Origin: Methanobacteriota archaeon | GTDB taxonomy: Archaea > Thermoplasmatota > Thermoplasmata > RBG-16-68-12 > EA-27 | Assembly (NCBI GenBank): GCA_016207545.1 | Contig: JACQPO010000140.1 | Span: 1-46,097 of the forward strand | DNA: 46,097 bases | Reading direction: 5' to 3' | Shown here: one piece after another, positions 1 to 9,385 of the stretch | Numbering within the stretch: position 1 is the first letter of the stretch | Layout: each line of letters begins with the position of its first letter | Position numbers and translations under genes: made by a program | The notes under the pieces: generated by a model | Seen by the model: the letters and a program-made list of their open reading frames with translations, nothing else | Databases searched by the model: none | What the model was told of the DNA's origin: nothing

Positions 1-2
1 CG

Positions 3-236
3 GGCTTCCGCGCGTTCGGGGCGTTCGTCTATCCGCAGGGCAACACGATCGTCCACGACCCGGGCCTCGGCGCGAAGACGTACCTCGCGCCTCTCCCGGA
101 GACCGCGAACGTCGCCCCGTCGATCGTCGCGGCGCTCCAAGTGGCGGTCGTGGCCGTGGCCTTGATCCCCGCCCTGCTCCTGCGGCGCCGGGCGCGCGGG
201 GGGGCGGGGATGCCTCCCCGCCTCTCTCCGAGGTGA
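3..236 (+). CDS. C-terminal fragment of a membrane-anchored (probably cell-surface) protein; 5' end lies outside the window
   Basis: The frame is open from the window edge to TGA at 234-236. The translation ends ...APSIVAALQVAVVAVALIPALLLRRRARGG..., a hydrophobic helix followed by an Arg cluster. This is the same C-terminal anchor style as the 7250-9385 product. No family recognised. Confidence 0.4.
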   Translation, partial: GFRAFGAFVYPQGNTIVHDPGLGAKTYLAPLPETANVAPSIVAALQVAVVAVALIPALLLRRRARGGAGMPPRLSPR

Positions 237-335
237 GGAGGTGGAGGTACGAGTATCGGTCATGGCGAAGCGCCCGTCCGTATGGACGGAACTTCGCGAG
301 CTGCTCGCCCATCGCGAGCATCGGGAGGAGACAAA

Positions 336-1709
336 ATGCGAACGTTGTGGATCGCGTGCGCGCTGACGCTGGGGTTGGCGCTCGCGCTGACGACCGGGCT
401 CGGGGCGATGACGCAGGTCGCGCCCGTCGCTCCCGAACGCCCGGGGACCCAGGACTTGGGAACGGACACCGGAACGGACGCGGGGACGGACGCCGGAACG
501 GATACGGGCCCTGGCACGGACCCGGGCGTACTTGACGACGGGGTCGAGGACGAGCCAGAGGTCGTCACGATCGGCGTCGCGGTCCGCTGGGGGTACTTGG
601 ACGGCCCTGCGTACGCGGTGCTCGAGGGACGCTGGCGGTTCAACGAGACCCGCACGGGCGGGATGTTCCTCGGCCGGTGGCACATCGTCGACGGGGAGGC
701 GAGCGGCTTCTTCGGCGGCCACTTCACAATCCCGGACGACGGCCACGGGCGGTTCCGCGGCCGGTGGAACTTCACGGACAGCGAGAACGGCGGCTTCCTT
801 GCGGGCGCATGGGTGCGGGTCGACCGCGGCCACGGCTTCTTCAAGGGCCGGTGGAACTTCTCGGACGGGACCGAAGGCGGCGTGCTCGCCGGGATGTGGG
901 CCGCGCTCTCCGAAGACGGCGGCGGACTCCGCGGCCGGGCGATCGCGGCGTCGAGCCTCGACGCCGTGAGCTGGGACGGCTCCCTGTCCGTCTCGAACGG
1001 GACCGTTGAGGTTGTCCGCACGATCCGCTGGGAGACCGGCGGCGACCGAGAGCACGGGACCGCGGACGAAGTGCTGCCGCAGGAGGAACGGAACACGGTC
1101 GCGTGGCGGTCCACGACGACCGTGAACTGGGACGGGCTCCTGTTGGCGATCCGCATGCCCAAGTTGGACCCCACGGCGACCGTCACGCTTCACACGGAGC
1201 AGGGGAGCTTCGAGTGGGCGGCGTCGACGCTGCCGGGGTTGCACGTGCGCGAGGTTGTCGACGAGTTCGGCCATGCGATTGAAATCCGCGCGTTCCTGGT
1301 GGAGCGGTTCGAAGGCCACGAGTTCGCGGCGTTCGGCGTCGGGCTCCGGTGGGGCACGCTCGACGCGAGCGGACGGGACGAGCCGGGCGAGGGCGTCACG
1401 TGGGAAGGCCGGGCGACCGTCTCGGCGGGCGGCCTGAAGGTCGTGTTCCCCGTCTCCTTCGAACGGGGCGACCAGATCGTGCCGCGGGAAGACCGGACGT
1501 TCGTCGCGTGGAGCACGACGACCACGACGGGCTGGGACGGCCTTGTGCTCGTCGCGTTCGTGCCGCTCGACGTGCTCGCGGAGGCGACGTTCTCCGTTCA
1601 TCTCGGCGATTTCGCGCAGACGTGGACGTTCGAGGACCTCGTCGGGTACCACCGGATCCCGTTGGACGACGCGGGCCACGAGCTTGAGGTGCACGCGGTG
1701 CGTCTGTAG
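336..1709 (+). CDS. Secreted repeat protein of unknown function (signal peptide, GTD-rich linker, about seven 14-15 aa G-x-W repeats, two duplicated C-terminal modules)
   Basis: ATG at 336 is preceded by GGGAGGAG (323-330). The N-terminus MRTLWIACALTLGLALALTTGLGA looks like a signal peptide. The linker reads GTDTGTDAGTDAGTDTGPGTD. Repeats of the type FLGRWxxxD...GG span about 615-941. Two modules both contain R(N/T)xVAW(R/S)TTTTxxWDGL. The ORF-track start at 282 is probably too far upstream. Confidence 0.7.
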   Translation: MRTLWIACALTLGLALALTTGLGAMTQVAPVAPERPGTQDLGTDTGTDAGTDAGTDTGPGTDPGVLDDGVEDEPEVVTIGVAVRWGYLDGPAYAVLEGRWRFNETRTGGMFLGRWHIVDGEASGFFGGHFTIPDDGHGRFRGRWNFTDSENGGFLAGAWVRVDRGHGFFKGRWNFSDGTEGGVLAGMWAALSEDGGGLRGRAIAASSLDAVSWDGSLSVSNGTVEVVRTIRWETGGDREHGTADEVLPQEERNTVAWRSTTTVNWDGLLLAIRMPKLDPTATVTLHTEQGSFEWAASTLPGLHVREVVDEFGHAIEIRAFLVERFEGHEFAAFGVGLRWGTLDASGRDEPGEGVTWEGRATVSAGGLKVVFPVSFERGDQIVPREDRTFVAWSTTTTTGWDGLVLVAFVPLDVLAEATFSVHLGDFAQTWTFEDLVGYHRIPLDDAGHELEVHAVRL

Positions 1710-1806
1710 GACGGACGGCGGCGGGCCTCGGCCGCGCCGCCCTTTCCCCTTTTGCATCCATCTACGAACGATGAAATAGGAACCGCCGGATACGGCCGGC
1801 AACCCC

Positions 1807-2154
1807 ATGGCGGAGCTGAGCGCGGAGTGGACCGCGGAGCTGAAGAAGGGCTCGATCCAGCTGTGTCTGCTCGCGCTGTTGGCGGGACCGCCGAAGTACG
1901 GATTCCAGATGATCAAGGAGCTTCGGGAGCTGTCCCACGAGTTCTTCGACCTCAAAGAGGGGACGTTGTACCCCGCGCTGCGCCGGCTCGAGGAGCGGGA
2001 GTTCGTGAAGGGCGAGTGGATCGAGCGCGAGGCGGGGGTCCCGAGGAAGTACTACACGCTCACCGCGCGCGGCAGGCGGGCGCTCGAGGAGGCGCGCGCG
2101 GTGTGGTCCGAGATGGCCCACAGCGTGGACCGCGTGTTGCGGGGGTCGCGATGA
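1807..2154 (+). CDS. padR: PadR-family winged-helix transcriptional regulator
   Basis: 115 aa. Typical PadR signature ...LCLLALLAGPPKYGFQMIKELRE...LKEGTLYPALRRLEEREFVKGEW...RKYYTLTARGRRAL. Confidence 0.9.
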   Translation: MAELSAEWTAELKKGSIQLCLLALLAGPPKYGFQMIKELRELSHEFFDLKEGTLYPALRRLEEREFVKGEWIEREAGVPRKYYTLTARGRRALEEARAVWSEMAHSVDRVLRGSR

Positions 2155-2714
2155 CCGGCATGGACGCGTACCTCCAGGAGGTCCGCCGGAAGATGGTCGG
2201 CATGGAGCCCCACGTGCGGGAGGATGTCCTGCGGGAGCTGCGATCCCACCTCGCGGACGCGATCGCGGACGGGGGGGAGCAGGCGGTCCTTTCGGCCCTC
2301 GAGCCCTCGGCCTCTGTGGCCGCCCGGTACAAAGACGTCTATGGTTATGGCCTCCCGTTCCAAGCGATGTTCGTCGCCGCCGCCATGGCCCTGGCGGTGC
2401 TCACGGTCCCCGTCCTCGGACTCGCGGAACCGCTCGCGTCGATCGCCTCCGTCGGCCTCCTCACGCTCCTCGTGTCCTACTTGCTCGCGTTGGCGGTGAA
2501 GGCGGGAGCGGTCGTCGGGCTCGCCGCGGGCGTCGCGGCGTGCATCGCGCGCGTCGGGACCGTCGTGACCCTGCAGGTGATCGTTGCCCTCGCACCCGTG
2601 ACGGATGCGCGAGGTTGGCTGCTGTTCGCAATCGCCTCCCTCCTCCTCATCCCCATCGGCTACCTGCCCGGCCGCGCGAAGGAGAAGTGGACGCGGCGCG
2701 ACGTCACGCTCTGA
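2151..2714 (+). CDS. PadR-associated membrane protein (DUF1700/HAAS-like: N-terminal helical domain plus about 4 TM helices)
   Basis: ATG 2151 overlaps the padR stop (ATGA). The N-terminus MTGMDAYLQEVRRKMVGMEPHVREDVLRELRSHLADAI resembles DUF1700-type partners of PadR. Hydrophobic helices follow. Confidence 0.7.
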   Translation: MTGMDAYLQEVRRKMVGMEPHVREDVLRELRSHLADAIADGGEQAVLSALEPSASVAARYKDVYGYGLPFQAMFVAAAMALAVLTVPVLGLAEPLASIASVGLLTLLVSYLLALAVKAGAVVGLAAGVAACIARVGTVVTLQVIVALAPVTDARGWLLFAIASLLLIPIGYLPGRAKEKWTRRDVTL

Positions 2715-3108
2715 GCCGCCTGCGGTAGTCCGCCACGATCGTGGCGTGGTCGAACGCGAGCCGGGGGACGCGGTTCATCGGGACGAGGCGGACCGCGGCG
2801 GCATCCGTCGATGCCGCCAAGCGGCCTCCGTAGGCCTTGAGCTCGTACGCGACGGAAATCGTGTGGCCCCTCGGATCCCGCTTCGGATTCCCGTACACGC
2901 CGACGAGGCGGGTCACCTCCGCATGGAGCCCGGTCTCCTCCTGCACCTCGCGCTCCACGGCCTCCTCGAGCCGCTCCCCGAACTCCACGAACCCGCCCGG
3001 GAGCGCGTACATGCCGAAGAACGGCTCCTTCCCGCGGCGGACGAGGACGAGCTTCCCTCGGTGCAGGACGAGGGCGTCCACGGTGATGCGCAGGGCGTCC
3101 CACGCCAC
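2704..3108 (-). CDS. NUDIX hydrolase
   Basis: 134 aa with a clear Nudix box GGFVEFGERLEEAVEREVQEETGL. Confidence 0.9.
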   Translation of the reverse strand: MAWDALRITVDALVLHRGKLVLVRRGKEPFFGMYALPGGFVEFGERLEEAVEREVQEETGLHAEVTRLVGVYGNPKRDPRGHTISVAYELKAYGGRLAASTDAAAVRLVPMNRVPRLAFDHATIVADYRRRLRA

Positions 3109-3112
3109 GGGC

Positions 3113-4801
3113 TCACTCCAGGCTCGGCATCTTGAGGCCCGTCTTCTGCGCGAACGCGACCGCTTCCTCGTACCCCGCGTCCGCGTGGCGGACGACGCCC
3201 AAGCCGGGGTCCGTCGTCAGCACGCGTTCGATCCGCGCGGCCGCCTGGCGGGTGCCGTCGCACACGAGCAGGGCGCCCGCATGCGTCGAATACCCGATGC
3301 CGACGCCGCCGCCGTTGTGCACGGCGATGAGGTCCGCGCCCGCGGCCGTGTTGAGGAGCGCGTTCAGGATCGGCCAGTCCGCGATCGCGTCGCTCCCGTC
3401 CTTCATCCCCTCCGTCTCCCGGTACGGGGACGCGACGGACCCCGCGTCGAGGTGGTCCCGCGTGATGACGATCGGGCCGCTCAGCTTCCCGGAGCCGACC
3501 ATCCTGTTGATGACCTTCCCGAAACGTGCGCGCTCTCCATAGCCGAGCCAACACACGCGCGACGGCAGGCCTTCCCACGGGAGGTGCGCCTCCGCCATCT
3601 CAATCCAGTTCACGAGTTGGCGATTGCTCGCGAATTCCTTCCGGACGACCTGGTCCGTCTTCAGGATGTCCTCCGGGTCGCCCGTGACCGCGACCCATCG
3701 GAACGGTCCGCGGCCCTCGCAGAACATGGGTCGGATGTACAGCGGGACGAACCCCTTGAACGCGAACGCGTTCTGTACGCCCGCCTCGAGCGCCTGTGCG
3801 CGGATCCCGTTCCCGTACTCGAACACGACCGCGCCGCGCTTCTGGAACTCGAGCATCGCGCGGACGTGGATGCCGATCGACTCGAGGGAGCGGCGCTTGT
3901 ACGCCTTGGGGTCCGTCTCCCGAAGCTCCGCCGCCTCCTGCACGGAGAGACCCCGCGGGATGTAGCCGCCGATCGGGTCGTGGGCGCTCGTCTGGTCCGT
4001 GACGACGTCCGGCGTGATCCGCCGATTCAGGATCTCCGGATGGACCTCCGCACAGTTCCCGAGGTAGGCGACGGTCTCCGCGCGTCCCTCCCGCTTCGCG
4101 TCCTTCGCGATCACGAGCGCCTCCTCGAGGTCGTGGACGAGGTGGTCCACGTACTTCTTCGCGAGCCGTCGCGCAATCCGCGACTCGTCGACCTCGACCG
4201 CGAGGCACACGCCGCCGTTCATCTTCACCGCCAACGGCTGCGCGCCGCCCATCCCGCCGAGCCCGCCCGTGAGGACGAGCCGTCCCTTCAGGGCGCCGCC
4301 GAAGTGCTGGCGCGCGCATGCCGCGAACGTCTCGTACGTCCCTTGGATGATCCCCTGGGACCCGATGTAGGACCAGCCGCCAGCGGTCATCTGCCCGAAC
4401 ATGGTGAGGCCCAGCTTCTCGAGCTCGTAGAACGTCTCCCACGTGGACCAGCGGGGGACCAGGTTCGCGTTCGCGATGAGCACGCGGGGCGCGTTCGCGT
4501 GCGTGCGGAACACGGCCACGGGCTTCCCGGACTGGACGAGCAACGTTTCGTCGTCCTCGAGTTCCTTGAGCGCCTTCACGATGCGGTGGAACGCGTCCCA
4601 ACTCCGCGCGGCCTTGCCCGTGCCGCCGTATACGATGAGCTCCTCCGGCTTCTCCGCGTTCTCGAGGTTGTTCTCCAACATTCGGAGGATTGCTTCCTGC
4701 CGCCAGCCTTTGCACCGGACGTGCGGGCCCCGCGCGGCGAGGATGCGCTCCACGGCAGCACCATGCCCCCCGCGCCCTAAAGGGTTTCCCTCGTCCTCCA
4801 T
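3113..4801 (-). CDS. hutU: Urocanate hydratase
   Basis: Full-length match by eye to HutU (…[19 protein letters not shown]…[10 protein letters not shown]…ADAGYEEA…). The start is set at the ATG encoding MEDEGNP (4801), giving about 562 aa. The ORF-track start at 4858 adds 19 unconserved residues. Confidence 0.93.
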   Translation of the reverse strand: MEDEGNPLGRGGHGAAVERILAARGPHVRCKGWRQEAILRMLENNLENAEKPEELIVYGGTGKAARSWDAFHRIVKALKELEDDETLLVQSGKPVAVFRTHANAPRVLIANANLVPRWSTWETFYELEKLGLTMFGQMTAGGWSYIGSQGIIQGTYETFAACARQHFGGALKGRLVLTGGLGGMGGAQPLAVKMNGGVCLAVEVDESRIARRLAKKYVDHLVHDLEEALVIAKDAKREGRAETVAYLGNCAEVHPEILNRRITPDVVTDQTSAHDPIGGYIPRGLSVQEAAELRETDPKAYKRRSLESIGIHVRAMLEFQKRGAVVFEYGNGIRAQALEAGVQNAFAFKGFVPLYIRPMFCEGRGPFRWVAVTGDPEDILKTDQVVRKEFASNRQLVNWIEMAEAHLPWEGLPSRVCWLGYGERARFGKVINRMVGSGKLSGPIVITRDHLDAGSVASPYRETEGMKDGSDAIADWPILNALLNTAAGADLIAVHNGGGVGIGYSTHAGALLVCDGTRQAAARIERVLTTDPGLGVVRHADAGYEEAVAFAQKTGLKMPSLE

Positions 4802-4884
4802 CGAGTCGCGTTCCGCTCGCGACCGTGTGCGAAATTCACTAATATGCACGAAGCACATGCCTCACGGGGGAGGAGGGGGAGTCG

Positions 4885-5535
4885 TTGGAGGACCGAGACG
4901 GTGCGGTCTCGCCGAAGTCGAGGCTACTAGGGGTGCATGCTTCGGGACGGGTTTCGGCGAGGTGGCGCGGGAAGGCTTCGCGGCCGCCTTGGTTCGGCCG
5001 ACGGATCTTCCACGCGTTCCTCCTCGCGGGGGTGGCCCTCCTGTTCCTGGGTCTCGGATGGACCTGGGGCGCGTTCAACGCGACCCAGGAGAGCACGTTC
5101 ACGCTCCCCGCGGGCGAGGGATGGCACGCCGTCCTCGAGTTGAACGTCGCCGACGGGGCTCGGCTTTCGGGCAAGTTCACCGTGACGTCCGGCATCGTGG
5201 ACCTGTTCCTCTTCACGGAGGACCAGTACGCCGCGTTCTGGAACGGGGACCCGTTTCGAATCCTGCTTGCCGTGACCTCGGAACGGAGCAGCTTCTCCCT
5301 CGCCCTCCCCGAACCGGGGAAGCACTTCCTCCTGATCGACCACGGGGCGGGGTTCGAATGGGTGACGCAGCAGGTCCGCTTGGAATGGCAAACCGTCGAC
5401 CTGCATCCCCCGTTGCTCGCCGTGGGCTTCGCCGCAGTCGTCGTCGGCGTCGAGCTGGTCATCGGCGGCTTCAAGGTCAAGGGGAAGGCGAAGCGCCTCC
5501 GGTTCGCCGGCGCGCTCGCGCCCCGATCCCCGTAG
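4885..5535 (+). CDS. Hypothetical bitopic membrane protein (N-terminal TM, extracytoplasmic domain, C-terminal TM)
   Basis: TTG 4885 is preceded by GGGGGAGGAGGGGGA (4868-4882), a Shine-Dalgarno-like sequence. TM segments are IFHAFLLAGVALLFLGLGW and LLAVGFAAVVVGVELVIGGF. No family recognised. It sits inside the hut gene set. Confidence 0.5.
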   Translation: MEDRDGAVSPKSRLLGVHASGRVSARWRGKASRPPWFGRRIFHAFLLAGVALLFLGLGWTWGAFNATQESTFTLPAGEGWHAVLELNVADGARLSGKFTVTSGIVDLFLFTEDQYAAFWNGDPFRILLAVTSERSSFSLALPEPGKHFLLIDHGAGFEWVTQQVRLEWQTVDLHPPLLAVGFAAVVVGVELVIGGFKVKGKAKRLRFAGALAPRSP

Positions 5536-5583
5536 GCCGAGGCCGTCCGAGGGACATCCTCGGCGTCCGAGCGCAGAGGAGCC

Positions 5584-6201
5584 TCACAGGCGGGACTGGA
5601 CGATGTCGTCGACCCCGTGGGCAACTTCCCCCGCGCGCCGGAGGAGCGTTTCGAGTTCCTCTTCCCGCGTGGCCCGCCACCCCTGATCCGCAATCGACGC
5701 GAGGTTGACCCGCGCGTTCAGGGCGGCTCCGCGCATCGCCGCCTGCGCGACCAGGGCCGCCACCCCCGCATCCGTGATCGCGCTCCGATTCCCCTTCTCG
5801 GCGGCCTCCGTCGCAAGCTCGAGGGCCTCCAGGCAGGCCCGCATGGTCTGGAGGGGCACCTCCGTAGCGCGCCTGTATGCGGCCTGCATCGCCTCCTTCC
5901 GCGCGGCGCGCTGCCCGTCCGTCCCTCTTGCCATGCGCATGGCGGCCACGACCTCGTCGTATGCCCTGGCGTCCTCGTCCGCGAGGAAAAGAAACCGGGC
6001 CTGCAACGTCTTGCCCCGTGCCTCGATCACCGCCAAGTCGGACTGAACGCCCTCGTATCCTTGCTTTCCCGCCGCCAAATTGGCGACCATGCGGGAGAGG
6101 GCCGCGCTCATCGCCCCGCAGATTGCGCTGACGGACCCGCCGCCAGGCGTCGGCGACGCAGAGGCGACGCGTTCGAGAAAGTCCTCGAGGGATTCCGGCA
6201 C
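5584..6201 (-). CDS. Formimidoyltetrahydrofolate cyclodeaminase (FTCD C-terminal-domain family)
   Basis: 205 aa. The N-terminal signature FLERVASASPTPGGGSVSAICGAMSAALSRMVANL is typical of the cyclodeaminase/cyclohydrolase family. GTG start at 6201. Confidence 0.85.
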   Translation of the reverse strand: MPESLEDFLERVASASPTPGGGSVSAICGAMSAALSRMVANLAAGKQGYEGVQSDLAVIEARGKTLQARFLFLADEDARAYDEVVAAMRMARGTDGQRAARKEAMQAAYRRATEVPLQTMRACLEALELATEAAEKGNRSAITDAGVAALVAQAAMRGAALNARVNLASIADQGWRATREEELETLLRRAGEVAHGVDDIVQSRL

Positions 6202-6244
6202 GTCCGCGGCAATTATCGAGGGACGGAAATAGTCTCCGGACGCC

Positions 6245-7144
6245 TCATTCGCGGAGGCGGTTCTCCAGGATCTGCCGCGGGTCGAAGTTCTCGAGCTTCA
6301 GGCGGTTCACCGGGTCCGGCGGGAGCGAATCCTCGGGCACGAGGCCTACGATCTCCGACGCGACGACGGGAATCCCGAGCTTGCTTGCGTGCTCCGAGAC
6401 CGCATCGAACGCTTTCGTGATTGAGGTCACCTTGTAGTTCACGAGGTTCATGCTCACCTGCACGAGCCCCCGGTCCTTCAGCGCGAACCCCAGCGCGCGC
6501 ACCGCGGGCAGGCCGCCGTCCTTCTCCCGCACGAGCTTCGCAATCTTCTTCGCGCCGGACACGTCCGCAGTGCCGAGGTTCACGTTGTAGGCGATGAGCG
6601 GCGGCCGCGCGCCGACGACGGTCGCGCCCGCGGTCGGGTGGAGCTCCCGCTTCCCGAAGTCGGGTGCGCGGTCCGGGTTCGTCCGGATTTCCTCGCGCAA
6701 GCCCTCGAACTCTCCCTTGCGGATGTTGGGCAAGTTCTTCCGGTCGGGCCGCGTGGCGGCGGCCTCGTAGAGGTACACGGGCACACCGAGTTCGTCCGCA
6801 ATGCGCATCCCGACCTCCCGCGCGAGCCGCACGCTGTCCTCCATCGTCACGCCGCGAATCGGGATGAACGGGAGGACGTCGAGCGCCCCGATCCGCGGAT
6901 GCTCGCCACGGTGAACATTGAGGTCGATGAGTCCGACCGCCTTTTTCGCCATCCGGAACGCGGCCTCTTTCGCCGCCTCCGGCTCGCCGACGAACGAAAT
7001 CACGCACCGGTTATGGTTCGCGTCCATCTCCACGTCGAGCAGCCGGACGCCGCGCACCGCGCGCGCTTCGTTCGCAATCGCGTCCACGATGTCCTTGCGG
7101 CGGCCTTCCGAGAAGTTCGGGACGCACTCGACGATGCGCTCCAC
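6245..7144 (-). CDS. ftcD: Glutamate formimidoyltransferase (FTCD N-terminal-domain family)
   Basis: The conserved N-terminus (V)ERIVECVPNFSEGRRKDIVDAI begins at GTG 7144, giving 299 aa. The ORF-track start at 8233 is an unconserved upstream extension that runs antisense into the neighbouring gene. Confidence 0.9.
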   Translation of the reverse strand: MERIVECVPNFSEGRRKDIVDAIANEARAVRGVRLLDVEMDANHNRCVISFVGEPEAAKEAAFRMAKKAVGLIDLNVHRGEHPRIGALDVLPFIPIRGVTMEDSVRLAREVGMRIADELGVPVYLYEAAATRPDRKNLPNIRKGEFEGLREEIRTNPDRAPDFGKRELHPTAGATVVGARPPLIAYNVNLGTADVSGAKKIAKLVREKDGGLPAVRALGFALKDRGLVQVSMNLVNYKVTSITKAFDAVSEHASKLGIPVVASEIVGLVPEDSLPPDPVNRLKLENFDPRQILENRLRE

Positions 7145-7249
7145 GGGAGGCGGGAGACCTCTCGCGCACAAATGCCTTTCCGTGCGCGACTCGATGGGAA
7201 AACGTACATATAGCGAACCACACGTAGCCGCGCGAACCGGAGATTCGCG

Positions 7250-9385
7250 GTGCGATACGTCGTTTTGACCGTGGCCGTCGTCCTCCTCATTGGCGGTGCG
7301 CTGCTGAGTCTCCCCCCCGCGAACGCCGGGCCCCCGCAACCGTACAACCTCTACGGCCGGGCGTTCGAAGCCGACGGAATCACGCCGCTCCCGGTGGGGA
7401 CGCAGATCACGACGTGGATTGACGGGGTCCCGTACGGCAACGTGTCCGCCATTTTCACCGCATCGGGCGACTACGACGTAGACATCTTCGGCAACTGGGT
7501 CACGGATGTCGTGAGTCCGAACACGCCTGAGATCAAGGAAGGCGGCGATGTCGGCGACCTCATCCTCGTCGCGGCCGGCGACTTCGCGACCACCGCGCAG
7601 GTGTTCACCGCCAACAAAACTTGGTCTCCGGGCGACCTCGTGAACGAGAACCTCCAGCTTGCGCCTCTCGCGGTTCAGCCGCCTCTCCTCAAGATCGCGC
7701 GAATCGTGACGCGACCTGCGGACGGGCTCCCGCAATACATGTACGTGTGCAATCCGACGACGGACTTCATCAACGCGAACCAGTTCTACCTGCAGAAGGA
7801 CCTCAGCGGTCGGTACGACGGGCCCATCCACTCCCTCACCGGACTGGGCACGGTCCCCCCCGGAGGCCTCGCCTACGTGAACTTCACCGCCACGCTGACG
7901 CTGACGCCCACGGGGGACAACCTGAAGCTCGTCTGGGTGAACCCCGGGCCCGCGTTTGACGGCGCGGACGTCATCGTGGATCGCGTGGAGTTCAACGAGA
8001 CCGGAGGGACGGGCACGCTGTTCTGGGAACCGGGAAACACGATCGCGTCCGACGCGCCCGCACCCGACGTCGGCGAGGAGACCCGGCGGGACGGCACCTG
8101 CACGGACACGAACGACAGCGCCGCGGACTTCACGATTGCGGCGGAGAGCGGGAGGCCTGTCGGTGGCCTCGGGCCCACGGTCGAGCTCGTCACCCCGAAC
8201 GGCGGAGAGGATTGGACCGGCGGTACCATGCACACGATCATCTGGAACATGGCGGACTCGCAGGACTCCGCGCTCGACTACACGATCGAGCTCGACCTCA
8301 ACGGGGGAGCGGACGGCTATCCGATCTTCGTCGATTCCGGAAACCTCGGGACCGGGGCCGGACGGACGTTCGCTTGGATCGTGCCGCGGGAGAACTCGAC
8401 GACCGCCCGCATCCGCGTATGCGTGGTGAACACGTTTGGCTTCACTTCCTGCGACGCGAGCGCCGCGAACTTCATCATCGATTCCGCGGCGCCGAGCGTG
8501 ACGGCGATCGTGCCGGCGGACGCCGCCGCGGACGTCGACGTCCTCGCGGATTTCGTGATCACATTCGACGAGGCGATGAATCGCGTCACGACGCAGTCGG
8601 CGGTGACCCTCACGCCTGCCGCAGGAACCTTCTCATTCTCTTGGGACCCGGGGAGCACGGTCCTCACAATCTCCCATGTGCCCTTGCGCGTGAGCACGTC
8701 GTACACGTTGACGATCGGGACCACCGCCACGGACGGGTCGCTCCCCGGGAACACGCTGTCCGCCCCCGTCACGGTCGACTTCGCGACGTCGAGCGTCATC
8801 CCCGTCACCGCGGAGGCCGGGCCGGACCAGACGGCGCGGGTTGGCGAGACCGTCCAGTTCGACGGCGCCGGATCCACGGGGCCGGTCGACAACTACACGT
8901 GGGAAATCCGGGCGCCCGGCGGCGCAACGATCCTCCTGTACGGGCCCCAGCCCACGTTCCGACCCACGGTCGCGGGCGTCTTCAACGTGACCCTCACGGT
9001 GCGCGACGCGGGCGGCAACGAGGACCAGGATTTCGCGACGCTCACCGTCACCGGTTCGCTCCTCGATGCGCTGGCGAACTTCGCGTGGCTCATCCTGATC
9101 GTGGTCGCAGGGCTCGCGTTCCTCCTGATCCTGCTGTTCCGCCGCCGGCGCAGGGCGGAGCAGCCTCCACCCACGACACGGCCGCGGGGGGTGGAAGGGC
9201 CGAAACCCATCCCACCGGAGCGGGTCGAGGTCACGCCGGTCGCGCCGCCACCGCGAATGGAAGTGCCCCCCGCGACCGCGGGGCCCGCGCCAGGTCCGCG
9301 TCCGGGGACGAAGATGTGCCCGGCGTGCGGGACGATTGTCGACGCGGGCGACCCGGCGTGCTTCATGTGCGGGGCGAAGTTCTAG
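7250..9385 (+). CDS. Large cell-surface protein: signal peptide, lamin-tail-like domain, Ig-like (SbsA/Big_5-like) domain, PKD domain, TM anchor, Pro-rich cytoplasmic tail ending in a zinc ribbon
   Basis: N-terminus MRYVVLTVAVVLLIGGALLSLPPANA. The PKD-like segment is AEAGPDQTARVGETVQFDGAGS...FNVTLTVRDAGGNEDQDFATLTV. The TM is FAWLILIVVAGLAFLLILLFRRRRR. The C-terminus is MCPACGTIVDAGDPACFMCGAKF. Domain names are assigned by eye. Confidence 0.8.
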   Translation: MRYVVLTVAVVLLIGGALLSLPPANAGPPQPYNLYGRAFEADGITPLPVGTQITTWIDGVPYGNVSAIFTASGDYDVDIFGNWVTDVVSPNTPEIKEGGDVGDLILVAAGDFATTAQVFTANKTWSPGDLVNENLQLAPLAVQPPLLKIARIVTRPADGLPQYMYVCNPTTDFINANQFYLQKDLSGRYDGPIHSLTGLGTVPPGGLAYVNFTATLTLTPTGDNLKLVWVNPGPAFDGADVIVDRVEFNETGGTGTLFWEPGNTIASDAPAPDVGEETRRDGTCTDTNDSAADFTIAAESGRPVGGLGPTVELVTPNGGEDWTGGTMHTIIWNMADSQDSALDYTIELDLNGGADGYPIFVDSGNLGTGAGRTFAWIVPRENSTTARIRVCVVNTFGFTSCDASAANFIIDSAAPSVTAIVPADAAADVDVLADFVITFDEAMNRVTTQSAVTLTPAAGTFSFSWDPGSTVLTISHVPLRVSTSYTLTIGTTATDGSLPGNTLSAPVTVDFATSSVIPVTAEAGPDQTARVGETVQFDGAGSTGPVDNYTWEIRAPGGATILLYGPQPTFRPTVAGVFNVTLTVRDAGGNEDQDFATLTVTGSLLDALANFAWLILIVVAGLAFLLILLFRRRRRAEQPPPTTRPRGVEGPKPIPPERVEVTPVAPPPRMEVPPATAGPAPGPRPGTKMCPACGTIVDAGDPACFMCGAKF

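Noticed and set aside
2837-4780. 647-aa ORF on the plus strand
   Set aside because: It lies entirely antisense to the well-supported hutU gene. The Arg/Ala/Pro-rich, low-complexity translation is typical of shadow ORFs in GC-rich DNA. The same reasoning applies to 16469-17977 (antisense to the MFS gene), 20283-22436 (antisense to pit and DUF47), 24062-25846 (antisense to the TctA-like gene), 31449-34511 (antisense to recJ and alaS), 38619-40880 (antisense to the Lon-like gene), and the many 60-300 aa Arg-rich ORFs.
7145-8233. N-terminal 360 aa of ORF 6245-8233 (minus), and similarly the N-terminal ~495 aa of ORF 25764-28802 and ~270 aa of ORF 40756-42837
   Set aside because: These are unconserved Arg/Gly-rich extensions upstream of clearly conserved protein N-termini (ftcD, hyuB, dnaG). 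They overlap real genes on the other strand or in other frames.
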